Shown piece after piece: positions 17,682-27,572 of a stretch of DNA of 64,000 bases. The first letter of the stretch is position 1, and each line of letters opens with the position of its first letter. This DNA is from a virus (lineage: Duplodnaviria; Caudoviricetes). The notes beneath the pieces were generated by a model. That model was given only the letters and a program-made list of their open reading frames with translations, ran no database searches and was not told where the DNA came from. A program made the translations under genes and the position numbers. Where the stretch lies: IMG/VR virus record IMGVR_UViG_3300027819_000009, positions 1 to 64,000 of that record, one strand, 5' to 3'.

Positions 17682-18731
17682 ATGGGGGACTTAAAGCCGC
17701 AGGATACAGATTTATCATCGACAGAGCCGGTTACAAAGCGTAAACAGGGCAATCCTAATCTTAAAAAAGGAGTTAAGAACCCATATTATGCATCAGATAA
17801 AAACGCACCTCAAGAACAAAAAAACATGGCAGACGAAAAAGTAGAAGAAGTAAAAGCAGAAGTTGTAAAAGATACAAGCACAAGTTCTGATGTTTCAGGC
17901 GAGAAAAAGGTAATCCCAGACGATACGTTCTCGGACGTTATTCCTGTAGAGGAAACGCTCCCTTTGGATGGAGAGGTTAAGGTAAAGGATTATGCTACCC
18001 TTCAGGATACAACTGCCCCCAAAACAGACGGAGGCGGAACTGGAGGCAATAACAACCCTCCTCCTCCTCCTCCTAATGCAGACGGCACAACAACTCCTCC
18101 GCCAGATCCAAACAATCCGAATCCTACAGCCACCCCAATGCCAGGAGGAGATGTTAAAACTCCGGAACAAGTAAGGACAGAGGCCGAGCAATTCGTAAAG
18201 CTCCTAATAAGAGGCTATGATAAACTTCATGGCGTAATGCGCTGGTATGCTAAAGTTGATCCAAACGATTTAATGCTAATGCACGAAAAGCGCAAAATCA
18301 ACCTGGATTACAATTTACCTTTAGGAACCGGAGTTATTGGCCTACGTAAGTTCTTTGCCGACTATAATTTACAAATAGAGGATGACATCAAGGTATCCGA
18401 TGATTTTAAAAAGGAAATCGAGCCGCCACTTACACGCATCGCTATTAAAAAAGGATGGGGATTAGGCGATGAAGGAACCGTTCTTTTATTGCTTTCTGAA
18501 GATTTAGGAACTAAAGTAGCTCTTTTATACGGCCTTAAAAAGACCTGTAACATGGTTTTAGAAAGCTGTATGGCTATAATGAAGAGCCAAAACGAGAGAG
18601 CAGATAAAAAAGATAAAGCAAAGAGTGATGATACTGCCGGCACAAATGCCACCGATTTAAACACAACCGGAAACGAGTGGAGAGAATCTTTAAATAATAA
18701 CGGAGTTCAGGAAGCTGAAGAGGTAAAATAA
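17682..18731 (+). CDS. Hypothetical protein with Pro/Gly-rich linker and helical C-domain
   Basis: GGTGGNNNPPPPPP linker. Confidence 0.75.
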   Translation: MGDLKPQDTDLSSTEPVTKRKQGNPNLKKGVKNPYYASDKNAPQEQKNMADEKVEEVKAEVVKDTSTSSDVSGEKKVIPDDTFSDVIPVEETLPLDGEVKVKDYATLQDTTAPKTDGGGTGGNNNPPPPPPNADGTTTPPPDPNNPNPTATPMPGGDVKTPEQVRTEAEQFVKLLIRGYDKLHGVMRWYAKVDPNDLMLMHEKRKINLDYNLPLGTGVIGLRKFFADYNLQIEDDIKVSDDFKKEIEPPLTRIAIKKGWGLGDEGTVLLLLSEDLGTKVALLYGLKKTCNMVLESCMAIMKSQNERADKKDKAKSDDTAGTNATDLNTTGNEWRESLNNNGVQEAEEVK

Positions 18732-18755
18732 AAAGTAAACTTTAACAAACTTGAA

Positions 18756-18778
18756 AGCCCCGATTATTAGTCGGGGCT
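18756..18778. terminator. Hairpin between convergent gene blocks
   Basis: agccccga-ttattag-tcggggct. Confidence 0.7.
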
Positions 18779-18892
18779 CTCTTCTTCCTATCGTTCCCAT
18801 CCGCATACTTCCTATCAGCTACATAACGGCAGAAGTATAAAAGAGCCGGTTATACTAAGACTTGCTCGGACTTTATCGGGAACTCACGTGCA

Positions 18893-19138
18893 TTACTTTA
18901 AAAGAGCCTTTGCTGCTTCAATTTTTGCAGGATGTTCATTATAATCCTTAATAGTATTACCTACACTTCCTACGTTTCCAGATCCCATTGCCGCAACGAT
19001 ATCTTTGTTTTTTAGTAAACAAATCTCGTGCAATAACCAAATCTTAACGTGCTTGTGACTTGTTAGCTCAAGGATTTGTTTCTTTTTTGCCTCTAATTCA
19101 GCATTCACTTCTGTTGTTACTTCTTGTTCATCAGCCAT
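18893..19138 (-). CDS. Hypothetical protein
   Basis: ORF with A-rich leader. Confidence 0.65.
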   Translation of the reverse strand: MADEQEVTTEVNAELEAKKKQILELTSHKHVKIWLLHEICLLKNKDIVAAMGSGNVGSVGNTIKDYNEHPAKIEAAKALLK

Positions 19139-19178
19139 GATTTTTAGTTTTTAAGGTTTATATTTAATTGTTAATTAT

Positions 19179-19862
19179 TTATTCAAATTGCATTGTTGGG
19201 GCAGAGGCCTTGTTTGTAACTCTTTTTGTTGCCTCCGCATAATATACAGGATCTATTTCAAACCCTATAAATTGCCGGTTACAATTCAAAGCCGCCATCG
19301 CTGTAGTTCCGCTTCCCATGTACGGATCCAAAACTATATCGCCAGGCTTTGTACTTTTAAGCATCGGCCATTCCATTGCGGACATCGGCTTTTGAGTAGG
19401 ATGTACATATTCCGCTCCAGCATCCTTCCGGAGCTTCCAAATGGCCCCAGAACGGGGACTGTTTAAAATATGGCGCCCTTTTACGGCAAAGATGCATATT
19501 TCGAAGTCTACAGCAAATGCCCCTTCCAAATCGCCCATTCCGCCTCCGCCCTTACTCCAGATGCACATATTTTTTACATCAAAATGTTTTGCTATTTCAG
19601 CAACCCACTGTGGGTAAACGTGCCATGAGGTATAAATATAGCAAGCCGAATTAGGCTTTAGAACTCGGTAAAATTCGGAGAGTATTTCGAAGTCGGCCTC
19701 CCCATCGCCGGCAATTACATCAAACTTATCCTTCCGCAGACCGCTTTGGTAATTTACGCCGTATGGAGGATCTGTTGAAATTACATCGATGCACTCATCT
19801 GGAAGCTGTTTAATAAGCTCCCTAGAATCCCCAAGGGTTATTTTGTTTATAAACTGTTCCAT
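19179..19862 (-). CDS. DNA amino-methyltransferase (N6A/N4C, beta class)
   Basis: TDPPYG, HPTQKP, DPYMGSGTT, GFEID. Confidence 0.9.
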   Translation of the reverse strand: MEQFINKITLGDSRELIKQLPDECIDVISTDPPYGVNYQSGLRKDKFDVIAGDGEADFEILSEFYRVLKPNSACYIYTSWHVYPQWVAEIAKHFDVKNMCIWSKGGGGMGDLEGAFAVDFEICIFAVKGRHILNSPRSGAIWKLRKDAGAEYVHPTQKPMSAMEWPMLKSTKPGDIVLDPYMGSGTTAMAALNCNRQFIGFEIDPVYYAEATKRVTNKASAPTMQFE

Positions 19863-20260
19863 TATAACTCCGATTTTAATTGGTTTAAAGTCCCCCAGTT
19901 CATTAAGTCATCAAATTCCTTTATCCCCATCCGAACCCACTGGGCAAACTTCTCCTTTTTACGAGCCGTTGCAAGCTCATCCTGTTTTTCAGAATCCGGC
20001 TCAAAAGCAAACTTAGAATAAAAAGAATCTCCAATTTTAACTTGCCCTATTTCATAAATAAGCCCACAGTCCAATAAATTACTTATAGAAGGAGTCAATG
20101 ACTGATGCGCCATAGCCAAAGCCGTCCGCATCTCATGAACCGTAGTTCCATTGTTTCTAAATATAAAATCCAAAACCTCCATCTGATTGCCTCGGATATT
20201 TCCTTCTTGTAATTGGACAAGATAAGTCCTTATTTTTGCCTTGCGATTTTCGTTATTCAT
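19862..20260 (-). CDS. Putative winged-helix DNA-binding protein
   Basis: Helix-turn-helix-like segment TVHEMRTALAMAHQSLTPSISNL. Confidence 0.55.
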   Translation of the reverse strand: MNNENRKAKIRTYLVQLQEGNIRGNQMEVLDFIFRNNGTTVHEMRTALAMAHQSLTPSISNLLDCGLIYEIGQVKIGDSFYSKFAFEPDSEKQDELATARKKEKFAQWVRMGIKEFDDLMNWGTLNQLKSEL

Positions 20261-21113
20261 TTGTGGCCTCCTCTTCTGATTCTTCTAAAATAGACTCATG
20301 CTCAACTCCGAAAAGAGATGGCTGATTATTGGGTGGAATAAAATTATAAGTAATACATTCGGTCTTGTATTTAGTTCCTTCCCTTTTTCCAGTAACCGAA
20401 ACAATCTGCTTTAAATCTTTAAATCCCCAACCATACTCTTCTCTGAATTTAGTAAGTAAGTCCGACGGATAAGATGTTAAAATGAATTTTGCCTTGCAGT
20501 TAGCTAGTGCATTTAATAGATTTGCAAAGTCCGACTCAGTGTATCCATCATAGTGAGCCATGTCCGAGTTGAAATAGGGTGGGTCAGCGAAAATTAGTGT
20601 ATTTTCTCCCTGTCCCTTTAATTTTATCACATCTAACGCATCTCGATTAAACACTTCACAGTTCCGGAGTCTATGCATATATCTCTCCGTAAAATTATCT
20701 CTCTTGTTTGCGGTGTTTAACCCAGAACCATTCTCCCCGAATGCAAAGCCGCCACCCAAAATATGTGAGAACGAACATGTACACTGAAACCAAAAAGCCC
20801 AAGCTCTTCTTACGGGATCCGCACTTTCATCATTTAAAACAATGTCCGACTCGGTGTGTAAAATTTCAGAATGCAATGATGCTTGTATTAGTTTCTGAAG
20901 TTCTGGAAAATTAGTTTTTACTTGCTGATAAAAATTAGTTATTCTTCCATCGAAATCATTTATAACTTCGTTCCGGTGTGGGTTTTTTGCAAAAAAAACA
21001 GCACCACCCCCAACAAAACATTCAACATAAGAAACTATCCCATCTGGAATAAGCGGAAGAATCTCCGGAACCAACCTTTGTTTTCCACCATAATATGCAA
21101 TCGGGGTCTTCAT
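20253..21113 (-). CDS. Dam-like (D12 class) DNA adenine methyltransferase
   Basis: YYGGKQRL, YVECFVGGGAV, EVIND, ADPPY. Confidence 0.9.
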   Translation of the reverse strand: MKTPIAYYGGKQRLVPEILPLIPDGIVSYVECFVGGGAVFFAKNPHRNEVINDFDGRITNFYQQVKTNFPELQKLIQASLHSEILHTESDIVLNDESADPVRRAWAFWFQCTCSFSHILGGGFAFGENGSGLNTANKRDNFTERYMHRLRNCEVFNRDALDVIKLKGQGENTLIFADPPYFNSDMAHYDGYTESDFANLLNALANCKAKFILTSYPSDLLTKFREEYGWGFKDLKQIVSVTGKREGTKYKTECITYNFIPPNNQPSLFGVEHESILEESEEEATNE

Positions 21114-21124
21114 AGACTTTTAAT

Positions 21125-21319
21125 TTAAACTAGTTCAACATTAACCGCATTCGGGCCTTTTTTGCCTTCTGTAATTTCGAAGGTTACCTCGTCGCCTTCT
21201 TTTATTGGGCTGTCAACTAAACCGGTTGCATGAACGAATACCTCATCGTTTGTTTCTTTGTCAATAATAAATCCGAATCCTTTTGCCGAATTGTAGAATT
21301 TTACTTTTCCTTTACTCAT
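21125..21319 (-). CDS. cspA: Cold-shock protein
   Basis: GKVKFYNSAKGFGFI...VFVHAT...GKKGPNAVNV. Confidence 0.93.
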   Translation of the reverse strand: MSKGKVKFYNSAKGFGFIIDKETNDEVFVHATGLVDSPIKEGDEVTFEITEGKKGPNAVNVELV

Positions 21320-21471
21320 AATAATTGTTTTTTAAATGATTAATAATTTATATTGATACAATAATACAGCTTATTATTGATAGGATATCGAGAAAATTAG
21401 GCTGGTTTTCGGAAGTTTTACACAATTACAATGTGTATAAGTTGGATGTGTATAAGATTGTGGGTAACTTG

Positions 21472-22314
21472 TTAAAGCTCCATGTTGTTTCCGTAGTATT
21501 TATCGAAAAGATCCCTTGTTTTGATTTTTACAGCCTCATCGTATGTGTACATCTTCTTCCCTAAAGTGTTTTTTCTCTTTTCATATAAAGAAGTTGAACT
21601 TGGGTGTTCGTATATGTACTCTTTTATAGCATCAGCAAACATGCGCTCAGAGAATTGTCCCTTAACTCGTTTAACCATGCGATAAACATCCACATGAAAA
21701 TATTTGTTTCCTATCCGGAATTGATGGTTCACCAATTTTTCAACAATCGAGAAGATTTCGTATTCCGATTTAAGCATCTCCTTACAGTCTAAAATTGAGT
21801 CTAGCTGATAATGGTAAGAAACGATCTTAGCATTCTGTCTGAGGATTTTTGAGAATCTTCCAATCGACTGGAAATGAATAACCAAGTCGCAATTTCTGTG
21901 ACGCACCGTACACAATTTACCAATCACCTCGTCTTTTAAATTATCACCCAAAATGGATGACATATCCTCAATTAGAATTGTGCCGCCCCTGAACTCCGTC
22001 AGTGTTCTTATAAGAAGTTTTTCAGTCTCTTCCGGCGACATAGGCATCCCGTTCGGATGGAACGGGGCAATTCTTCTTACCTCAACTTTAGCTTGCTGTC
22101 CGAAAGCAATTATTCCGTTGTGAGGTATGGCTTGGATCCTATGTTTTACTCCGTCGATTTCATATTCTGCGTACTCATTTTGACTATCAAAGAGAAGTGT
22201 TTTGTTTTTATGCGGAGAAACGTAAGCTCCGTACAGTGCCGCTTTTAACGAACTGTATGACTTTCCAATTTCCTGGGCTCCACTTCGAATAAGAATTAAC
22301 CTTCCTCTTGCCAT
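21472..22314 (-). CDS. A32/FtsK-HerA-type genome-packaging ATPase
   Basis: N-terminal Walker A GAQEIGKS, Walker B ILIEDM, and RH...hhhhQ (VRHRNCDLVIHFQ); no nuclease domain. Confidence 0.75.
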   Translation of the reverse strand: MARGRLILIRSGAQEIGKSYSSLKAALYGAYVSPHKNKTLLFDSQNEYAEYEIDGVKHRIQAIPHNGIIAFGQQAKVEVRRIAPFHPNGMPMSPEETEKLLIRTLTEFRGGTILIEDMSSILGDNLKDEVIGKLCTVRHRNCDLVIHFQSIGRFSKILRQNAKIVSYHYQLDSILDCKEMLKSEYEIFSIVEKLVNHQFRIGNKYFHVDVYRMVKRVKGQFSERMFADAIKEYIYEHPSSTSLYEKRKNTLGKKMYTYDEAVKIKTRDLFDKYYGNNMEL

Positions 22315-22324
22315 AAGTACTTAA

Positions 22325-23044
22325 TTATTTAATCCCAAAGAATCCTTTTTCCGGTAAGCGAATAGCCGGAGATGATTCTATATTAAAAGCGATGCAATTG
22401 CCTTTAGGCTTCTCAACTGTAAACGGAAAGCCATAGGAACGTAACCTGCCGGTTATTTCTGCTTCTGTTTTAGTTCCTCCATTTATTGCAAAGCCACAGA
22501 TATCGTCGTACATTGGACGGTGCTTTTTAAAGATGCTGTGTAAACTATACCCGATTACAATTTCCGGATCCGCTAGGGCTTTAGGAAGCTCCTTTTTTAC
22601 TTCTTCTTTCATATCTATATTATTAGTGTTTATTTTTTCGTTAAATTCTTCTTGGGTTACGTGTATTGGTTGAACGACGTAAAATATCTTCTCTTTTGAA
22701 TGCTCTGGCTTTTGATTAGCCCATTCTATATCTTCTTTTGAGGCAGGGTAACCAATGCCAAGAGTAATTTCTTGAGCCTTTAATTCCTCCGTTAACTCCG
22801 CCACTTGTTTATCCTGAAGGCTAGGCGGCTCAAATGGGTAATACTCCTCTTCGTATTCAACCTCATCGACAATTGTGTAAAAATGAATTAAAAGAATTAA
22901 AATAATGCAAATAAGGAAAATTGCCCACTGAACCCATGTTGATGTTTCCTTTTCAATTGCTGCATCTACCCATCCGAATACCAGTCCTGCAATTATAATT
23001 ACTAGCGTAATTGGCCATTTATTCATTAAGGAGAATTTTGTCAT
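22325..23044 (-). CDS. Membrane protein (two N-terminal TM helices) upstream of the ATPase
   Basis: Two hydrophobic segments in the first 60 aa. Confidence 0.7.
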   Translation of the reverse strand: MTKFSLMNKWPITLVIIIAGLVFGWVDAAIEKETSTWVQWAIFLICIILILLIHFYTIVDEVEYEEEYYPFEPPSLQDKQVAELTEELKAQEITLGIGYPASKEDIEWANQKPEHSKEKIFYVVQPIHVTQEEFNEKINTNNIDMKEEVKKELPKALADPEIVIGYSLHSIFKKHRPMYDDICGFAINGGTKTEAEITGRLRSYGFPFTVEKPKGNCIAFNIESSPAIRLPEKGFFGIK

Positions 23045-23175
23045 GATTTATCTTTATCTTTTTTTACTTCAATTATTACTTATATTTGTACTGTCCTAAA
23101 AAAACTGGTCGGTTAGGTGTCCGATTATAGGCTCGAATAAGATTCACTATACCATCCTAATCGACCTCTTTTTTG

Positions 23176-23248
23176 AGCGGAAGACAGGGTTCGAACCTGC
23201 GACATTTAGAGTGGAAATCTAATACTCTACCAACTGAGCTACTTCCGC
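23176..23248 (-). tRNA. tRNA-Gly(TCC), no encoded CCA
   Basis: Cloverleaf GCGGAAG/CTTCCGC, anticodon loop TTTCCAC, TTCGAAC T-loop, U73; TATATTTG promoter at 23274-23281 (minus strand). Confidence 0.9.
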
Positions 23249-23346
23249 TTACAGTTATCTTTATCTTTTGTTGCAAATATACCAATTAATTATGTAAAAT
23301 GCCATTTATGTTTATATCCTAAGATTGGGCTTTTCAAATAGTTACA

Positions 23347-24018
23347 TTATGTAAGGTGGATTTTATTTCCAGATACAATTATAGCTGTGCTTGTGTTGCC
23401 CTTGTGGCATATAGCCTTAAACATCTTCGAATCTGTATCAAAGAACTCATCGTTCCTTCCTTTATCTTTCTTTATTAATAAGCCTTTAATTTCGTAGTAT
23501 TTGCCGGCCGTGTCCACCGCTGTTTTCTCATCATCTAGTATTGTTACCATCATGTTATTTATAGTTTAATGAGTCTGTTTTACATTTAATTATATTCGGG
23601 CGCCAAGGCTTATGCTGCTCTGTTGGCGTTTCCATGCACTGATATCGTCCAGAAGCCTTTTTTAGGCAATATCCGCCTATTACTATAAAGTCCCCGAATA
23701 GGTCGCGTTCTTTATCTTTTATCTCCACAAGGCGCTCTATTTCCAGATTAGTATCAAACTGCTGTAGGAACTTATCCATCTGATTTTCGGATAGGAGTTG
23801 GTATAGTTTTAGCTTTTTCATTCCTCTAGTATTACTTTATACCCGTTTAATTCTAATATTTGCTTTACATCATTTTTTGTTAGCTCTACCGTAATAATCC
23901 TGTCTGATCCATACGTGTGCTTACTGGCCAGCATTTTAGTGTGGTAAATACCAAAGATAGTCCTTGTCTCGTGGTTAAGATTTACATATACCGGCTTTAT
24001 GTATTTGTATAATTTCAT
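23347..24018 (-). CDS. Three small hypothetical ORFs (23347-23553, 23555-23821, 23818-24018)
   Basis: Tandem coupled ORFs. Confidence 0.55.
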
Positions 24019-24791
24019 TTTCTTAACTCTTCGTGGTTTTTAGATATTGCATAAATTATAGCACCAAGACCATCTAATCCAAATTTTATCTGCGCATCTT
24101 GCTCTGGAATCATACAGTAAGAAGGCGACAAGTCTTTTACTTTCCAGTCGGGGTATTCGTATTTAACAATTTTGTTTGCAAAGGCATTAGTATGGGCCTC
24201 ATCGTTATGCTCGCAAATTATACCAATCTTATAATCATCGTCGATGTTGCCGGCTAAAACTCGGCTCATTTCCAAAAATTTATCCGTCTTGCCTCCGTTA
24301 AATCCACCGCATACATAACGCTCCTTTAGGTTATCCTCCAAATAAGCCTTAGATGCTGTGTGTACGTTTTGACTTCCCCATTCGCTGTTGTTCCAAAAGC
24401 CAGGGTGTCTAGTGAAAATTAAATCAACCCATTCTTCATCTTTAAATAAAATCTCATCTGTCACATCTCCAACCATTCGCATATCTACGTCTGAATAAAA
24501 TACATGAGAGCAAATTTTCATTTTATCTGCTGCCTGGGTAAAGAATTTATAGCGGAACAGAGTACTTGCAGGCCAAGGCTCGTGTTTTGTTGGGATTATA
24601 ATTAAAGAGATTCTCTTTGGGAGTTTTAACTGGTAAAATGGCTTATCTCCAAAAAGGTACACAACGATGTCATCCAAAGGAAAGAAGTGTTTATTCACAC
24701 TCTCAATCAAAGGCTCTAAAAACTGGTCATAGCGTCCTGTTGCGATGAGTAATAATCCTATTGTTTTCTTTTTGTAATCTTTATTTTCCAT
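24015..24791 (-). CDS. Glycosyltransferase family 6 (ABO-like alpha-1,3-Gal/GalNAc transferase)
   Basis: LLLIATGRY, WPASTLFRY, SDVDM, CGGFNGG, NDEAHTN. Confidence 0.85.
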   Translation of the reverse strand: MENKDYKKKTIGLLLIATGRYDQFLEPLIESVNKHFFPLDDIVVYLFGDKPFYQLKLPKRISLIIIPTKHEPWPASTLFRYKFFTQAADKMKICSHVFYSDVDMRMVGDVTDEILFKDEEWVDLIFTRHPGFWNNSEWGSQNVHTASKAYLEDNLKERYVCGGFNGGKTDKFLEMSRVLAGNIDDDYKIGIICEHNDEAHTNAFANKIVKYEYPDWKVKDLSPSYCMIPEQDAQIKFGLDGLGAIIYAISKNHEELRK

Positions 24792-25746
24792 TTGTTTTCT
24801 CCTCTAAAATATTCATTAAGCTATTAATTCTTTCGCTGTGGAATTCTGCTCCTGCCCAATTACTTGAGTTTATAAAGTGCATAAATAACCCATCTCCTAT
24901 TTCGCTGTAAAAGTTATAAAAGGACTTTGTGAAATTAGGATTCTGAACGTGTATCTCGTTTAAGAACGGACAGGCCTCTTTTCCGTATTTTTCTATTATT
25001 CTAAAACTAAAACCTCCCGTATCTAATTTTAACTCATGCGAACAGGAGAAGTCCACAAGGCTTTGGTCTATATCTCCATTATTAAAGGCATAACATCCTG
25101 GCCAAAAGTACTCTATCCCGTCCTTATTCTGGCCCATACCGATTGCCATCTTTCCGGCGAGCATTTCTTTTATTGAAAAGGGGCGAGTCGGGAAGCAATC
25201 AAAGTCCAAGAAGAGAAAGTACTTATACTCATTTTTATAAGTAAGATAGGCTATGTTTGCCGAAAAACTATGGGACTCAGATCCATTCTTTGAGGTAGCA
25301 TCTGTTTTTAAGTAAAGGCATTTTAATTCTGTATCGTTATAATACTTGATGGCTTTAATTGTATCTTCATCCGTTGAATTATCTACAATGATTACATCAA
25401 CCGTCTCTTTATGGAACTTTCGAATAAGCTCTACCTGGCGTTTTATTAAATTAGCATTATTATAAGTGATTATTACAATGGCTGTATCATTCTGATTTTC
25501 ATTCATTACTATTTCTGTTTTATGTTGGCCCCGTTTAAGTTTTCCTATTTCATTAATTAAATGCCCAAGCTCATCTCTCTTCTCCAATGCGAAATCAACC
25601 ATCTCATCTGTTTTCTCCTGAATCTGCGATTTAAGCCTATTGTTTTCATTCCGAAGAGCCTCACACTCCGCCTCTTTTGCATTAAAGGCATTGTTTATCT
25701 TATTTAACTCTTCCTCTATTTCGGATATCTTTTTTAGTAAATCCAT
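24781..25746 (-). CDS. GT-A (GT2-like) glycosyltransferase with coiled-coil N-terminus
   Basis: IVIITYNN...IIVDNST...FLDFDCF. Confidence 0.75.
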   Translation of the reverse strand: MDLLKKISEIEEELNKINNAFNAKEAECEALRNENNRLKSQIQEKTDEMVDFALEKRDELGHLINEIGKLKRGQHKTEIVMNENQNDTAIVIITYNNANLIKRQVELIRKFHKETVDVIIVDNSTDEDTIKAIKYYNDTELKCLYLKTDATSKNGSESHSFSANIAYLTYKNEYKYFLFLDFDCFPTRPFSIKEMLAGKMAIGMGQNKDGIEYFWPGCYAFNNGDIDQSLVDFSCSHELKLDTGGFSFRIIEKYGKEACPFLNEIHVQNPNFTKSFYNFYSEIGDGLFMHFINSSNWAGAEFHSERINSLMNILEEKTNGK

Positions 25747-25756
25747 TATTTCTTAG

Positions 25757-25954
25757 TTATAATATTTTATTAAAAACTACAAATTTATAAGTTCTCTTTC
25801 CTGTTATTGGCGGATTCTGCGAGGACATTGTTGTTAGATAATGAGTCTCGTTTTGAAAATCATCAAAACTGTTTCCGTATGCCTTCTCTGCGTTGCTGTA
25901 CTTATTTAGCATATCGCATATTTGGCAAAGTTGATTTGTTGTATATGTTTCCAT
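25757..25954 (-). CDS. Hypothetical protein
   Basis: Short ORF in the operon. Confidence 0.5.
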   Translation of the reverse strand: METYTTNQLCQICDMLNKYSNAEKAYGNSFDDFQNETHYLTTMSSQNPPITGKRTYKFVVFNKIL

Positions 25955-25960
25955 TATTCT

Positions 25961-26842
25961 TTAAGCATAAATAAAATTAGTATCATTGTATGCTTCACCT
26001 CTTAGCCTTCTTGCTAGAATGTTAGGACTTTTAATGTTATTAACAGAGTTAACGGCATTTTGAAGTCCAATATAAAAAATACCAGTTTGTGTATTTAATA
26101 TAATTCTACTTTTAGCTTCTATTGTTTTTTGAGAATGTTTTTTTCCAAAGAAATGGTTTTTTTCACCCTTACTTGATTCGCTAATCCTTCGCCTTACATC
26201 TTCCGAATGTTTTTTTCCAAACATTCCATTCCCCTCTCCGCTATTGGCTATGCTTATTTTTTCTCCAGTTTCTTTTGGTCGTTTTCTGCCTTTATGAAAT
26301 TTACTTACCTTAAGCCTCGCTTCTTTAGAATGCGATTTCCCAAACATAGGATGCTTGTCGCCTGAAACGGCATCGCTTTGTTTTTTCCTAGTTTCAATAC
26401 TCGCCTTTCTGCCTGTATGGATTAATGATATTTTTTTTCTTGTTTCTAAAGATGGGGATTTGCCAAAATTATGATTTTTGTTGCCTTTTTGCGCCTCACT
26501 CATTAAACGTTTAGTTTCAGGAGAATGACTACCTTTACTACCGCCACATTTTCTTAAGTTTAAACCATTTTCTCCGTACACATTGTATAGTTCTCCATAA
26601 TATATTTCAAGTAAATTTAATTCCTCTTTGTTATAAATACCGAGTATATGTATGATTTCTTTTTTATGGGAGTCCCATCCGTATTTTTTCAATGAATTAT
26701 ATAGCCTTCTTTGAGTTTTGCAATTATAATTACAATATCTATCAATCCATGCTTGATATATATGTGTAGATTGCCCAATGTAAATTCTTCCTGTTGGAGA
26801 TGTTAATTTATATATTCCTATTATTTTTTCTTTTTTATTCAT
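25961..26842 (-). CDS. GIY-YIG homing endonuclease with NUMOD3 repeats
   Basis: GIYKLT...IYIGQS; repeated HS.ETRKK.S...G..N.MFGK. Confidence 0.9.
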   Translation of the reverse strand: MNKKEKIIGIYKLTSPTGRIYIGQSTHIYQAWIDRYCNYNCKTQRRLYNSLKKYGWDSHKKEIIHILGIYNKEELNLLEIYYGELYNVYGENGLNLRKCGGSKGSHSPETKRLMSEAQKGNKNHNFGKSPSLETRKKISLIHTGRKASIETRKKQSDAVSGDKHPMFGKSHSKEARLKVSKFHKGRKRPKETGEKISIANSGEGNGMFGKKHSEDVRRRISESSKGEKNHFFGKKHSQKTIEAKSRIILNTQTGIFYIGLQNAVNSVNNIKSPNILARRLRGEAYNDTNFIYA

Positions 26843-26978
26843 AACAAAAAACTACCTACTCCAAATGCAAAGGAACCCCAGTTGCACGAGAGTGCTATGG
26901 CAATGCAGATGGGTAGGATTATTTTAAATGTTTTCATACTGAGGTTCATGGCAAATATAAACAATCATATTTAAATAA

Positions 26979-27572
26979 TCAAGTTTTAGTTATTAGTGCA
27001 GATACCATATTTTGGTTATCAAAAAAATTCATCGTGCATTCTGCGTTTACTTCTAATATATGCTTAGAAAAAAGATTATATAACGTATAAGGGCTAAACC
27101 AAAAAAAATGGTCTCTGTGTATTTTTTCTGTAAATATACCATTCGCATAAGTCGCTTGTTCATAAACTTTGTAATTCGGGACAAGAACAAACATCTTTTT
27201 AAAGTTTAAAGAAAAAAGCTCATCCACAATTTTACCAGGATTAACAAGATGCTCTATAATATTAGGAACCAAAACAACATCATATTCTGTTTGTCGCAAC
27301 ATTGGCTCTGTAAGATTTTTAAAGTACTTACCTTCAGGATAATGTTTAATAAGTTCTTCTATCCCATTCGGATCCACTCCATGTAATTCTTTACAGAACT
27401 CCGACAGGAATATATGCATATTCCCTTTAGGATTGAATATAGGCCAGTCCGAGCATCCGATATGAAGTACTTTTTTATCTCGGCATAAGTCCTTACAGAA
27501 GCTCCATGAATGTAGGTCTATATTTCCTACAGCTAGTTTTTGTGTAAAGAAGTCGTCTGTTTTAGTTTCCAT
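26979..27572 (-). CDS. Class I SAM-dependent methyltransferase
   Basis: KVLHIGC...GVD...IIEHLVNPG. Confidence 0.75.
   Translation of the reverse strand: METKTDDFFTQKLAVGNIDLHSWSFCKDLCRDKKVLHIGCSDWPIFNPKGNMHIFLSEFCKELHGVDPNGIEELIKHYPEGKYFKNLTEPMLRQTEYDVVLVPNIIEHLVNPGKIVDELFSLNFKKMFVLVPNYKVYEQATYANGIFTEKIHRDHFFWFSPYTLYNLFSKHILEVNAECTMNFFDNQNMVSALITKT

Noticed and set aside
18040-18135. CCT and ACA trinucleotide runs (also 7687-7710)
   Set aside because: They encode poly-Pro and poly-Thr linkers; they are too short and in-frame to argue for phase variation.
18780-18892. Possible ncRNA in the gap after the convergent terminator
   Set aside because: No convincing stem set or promoter could be seen by eye.
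21472-22314. Terminase large subunit or plasmid VirB4/TraG call for the ATPase
   Set aside because: It is too short, has no RNase H-like nuclease domain, and no conjugation genes are present; the RH...Q motif fits A32/FtsK-type packaging enzymes better.
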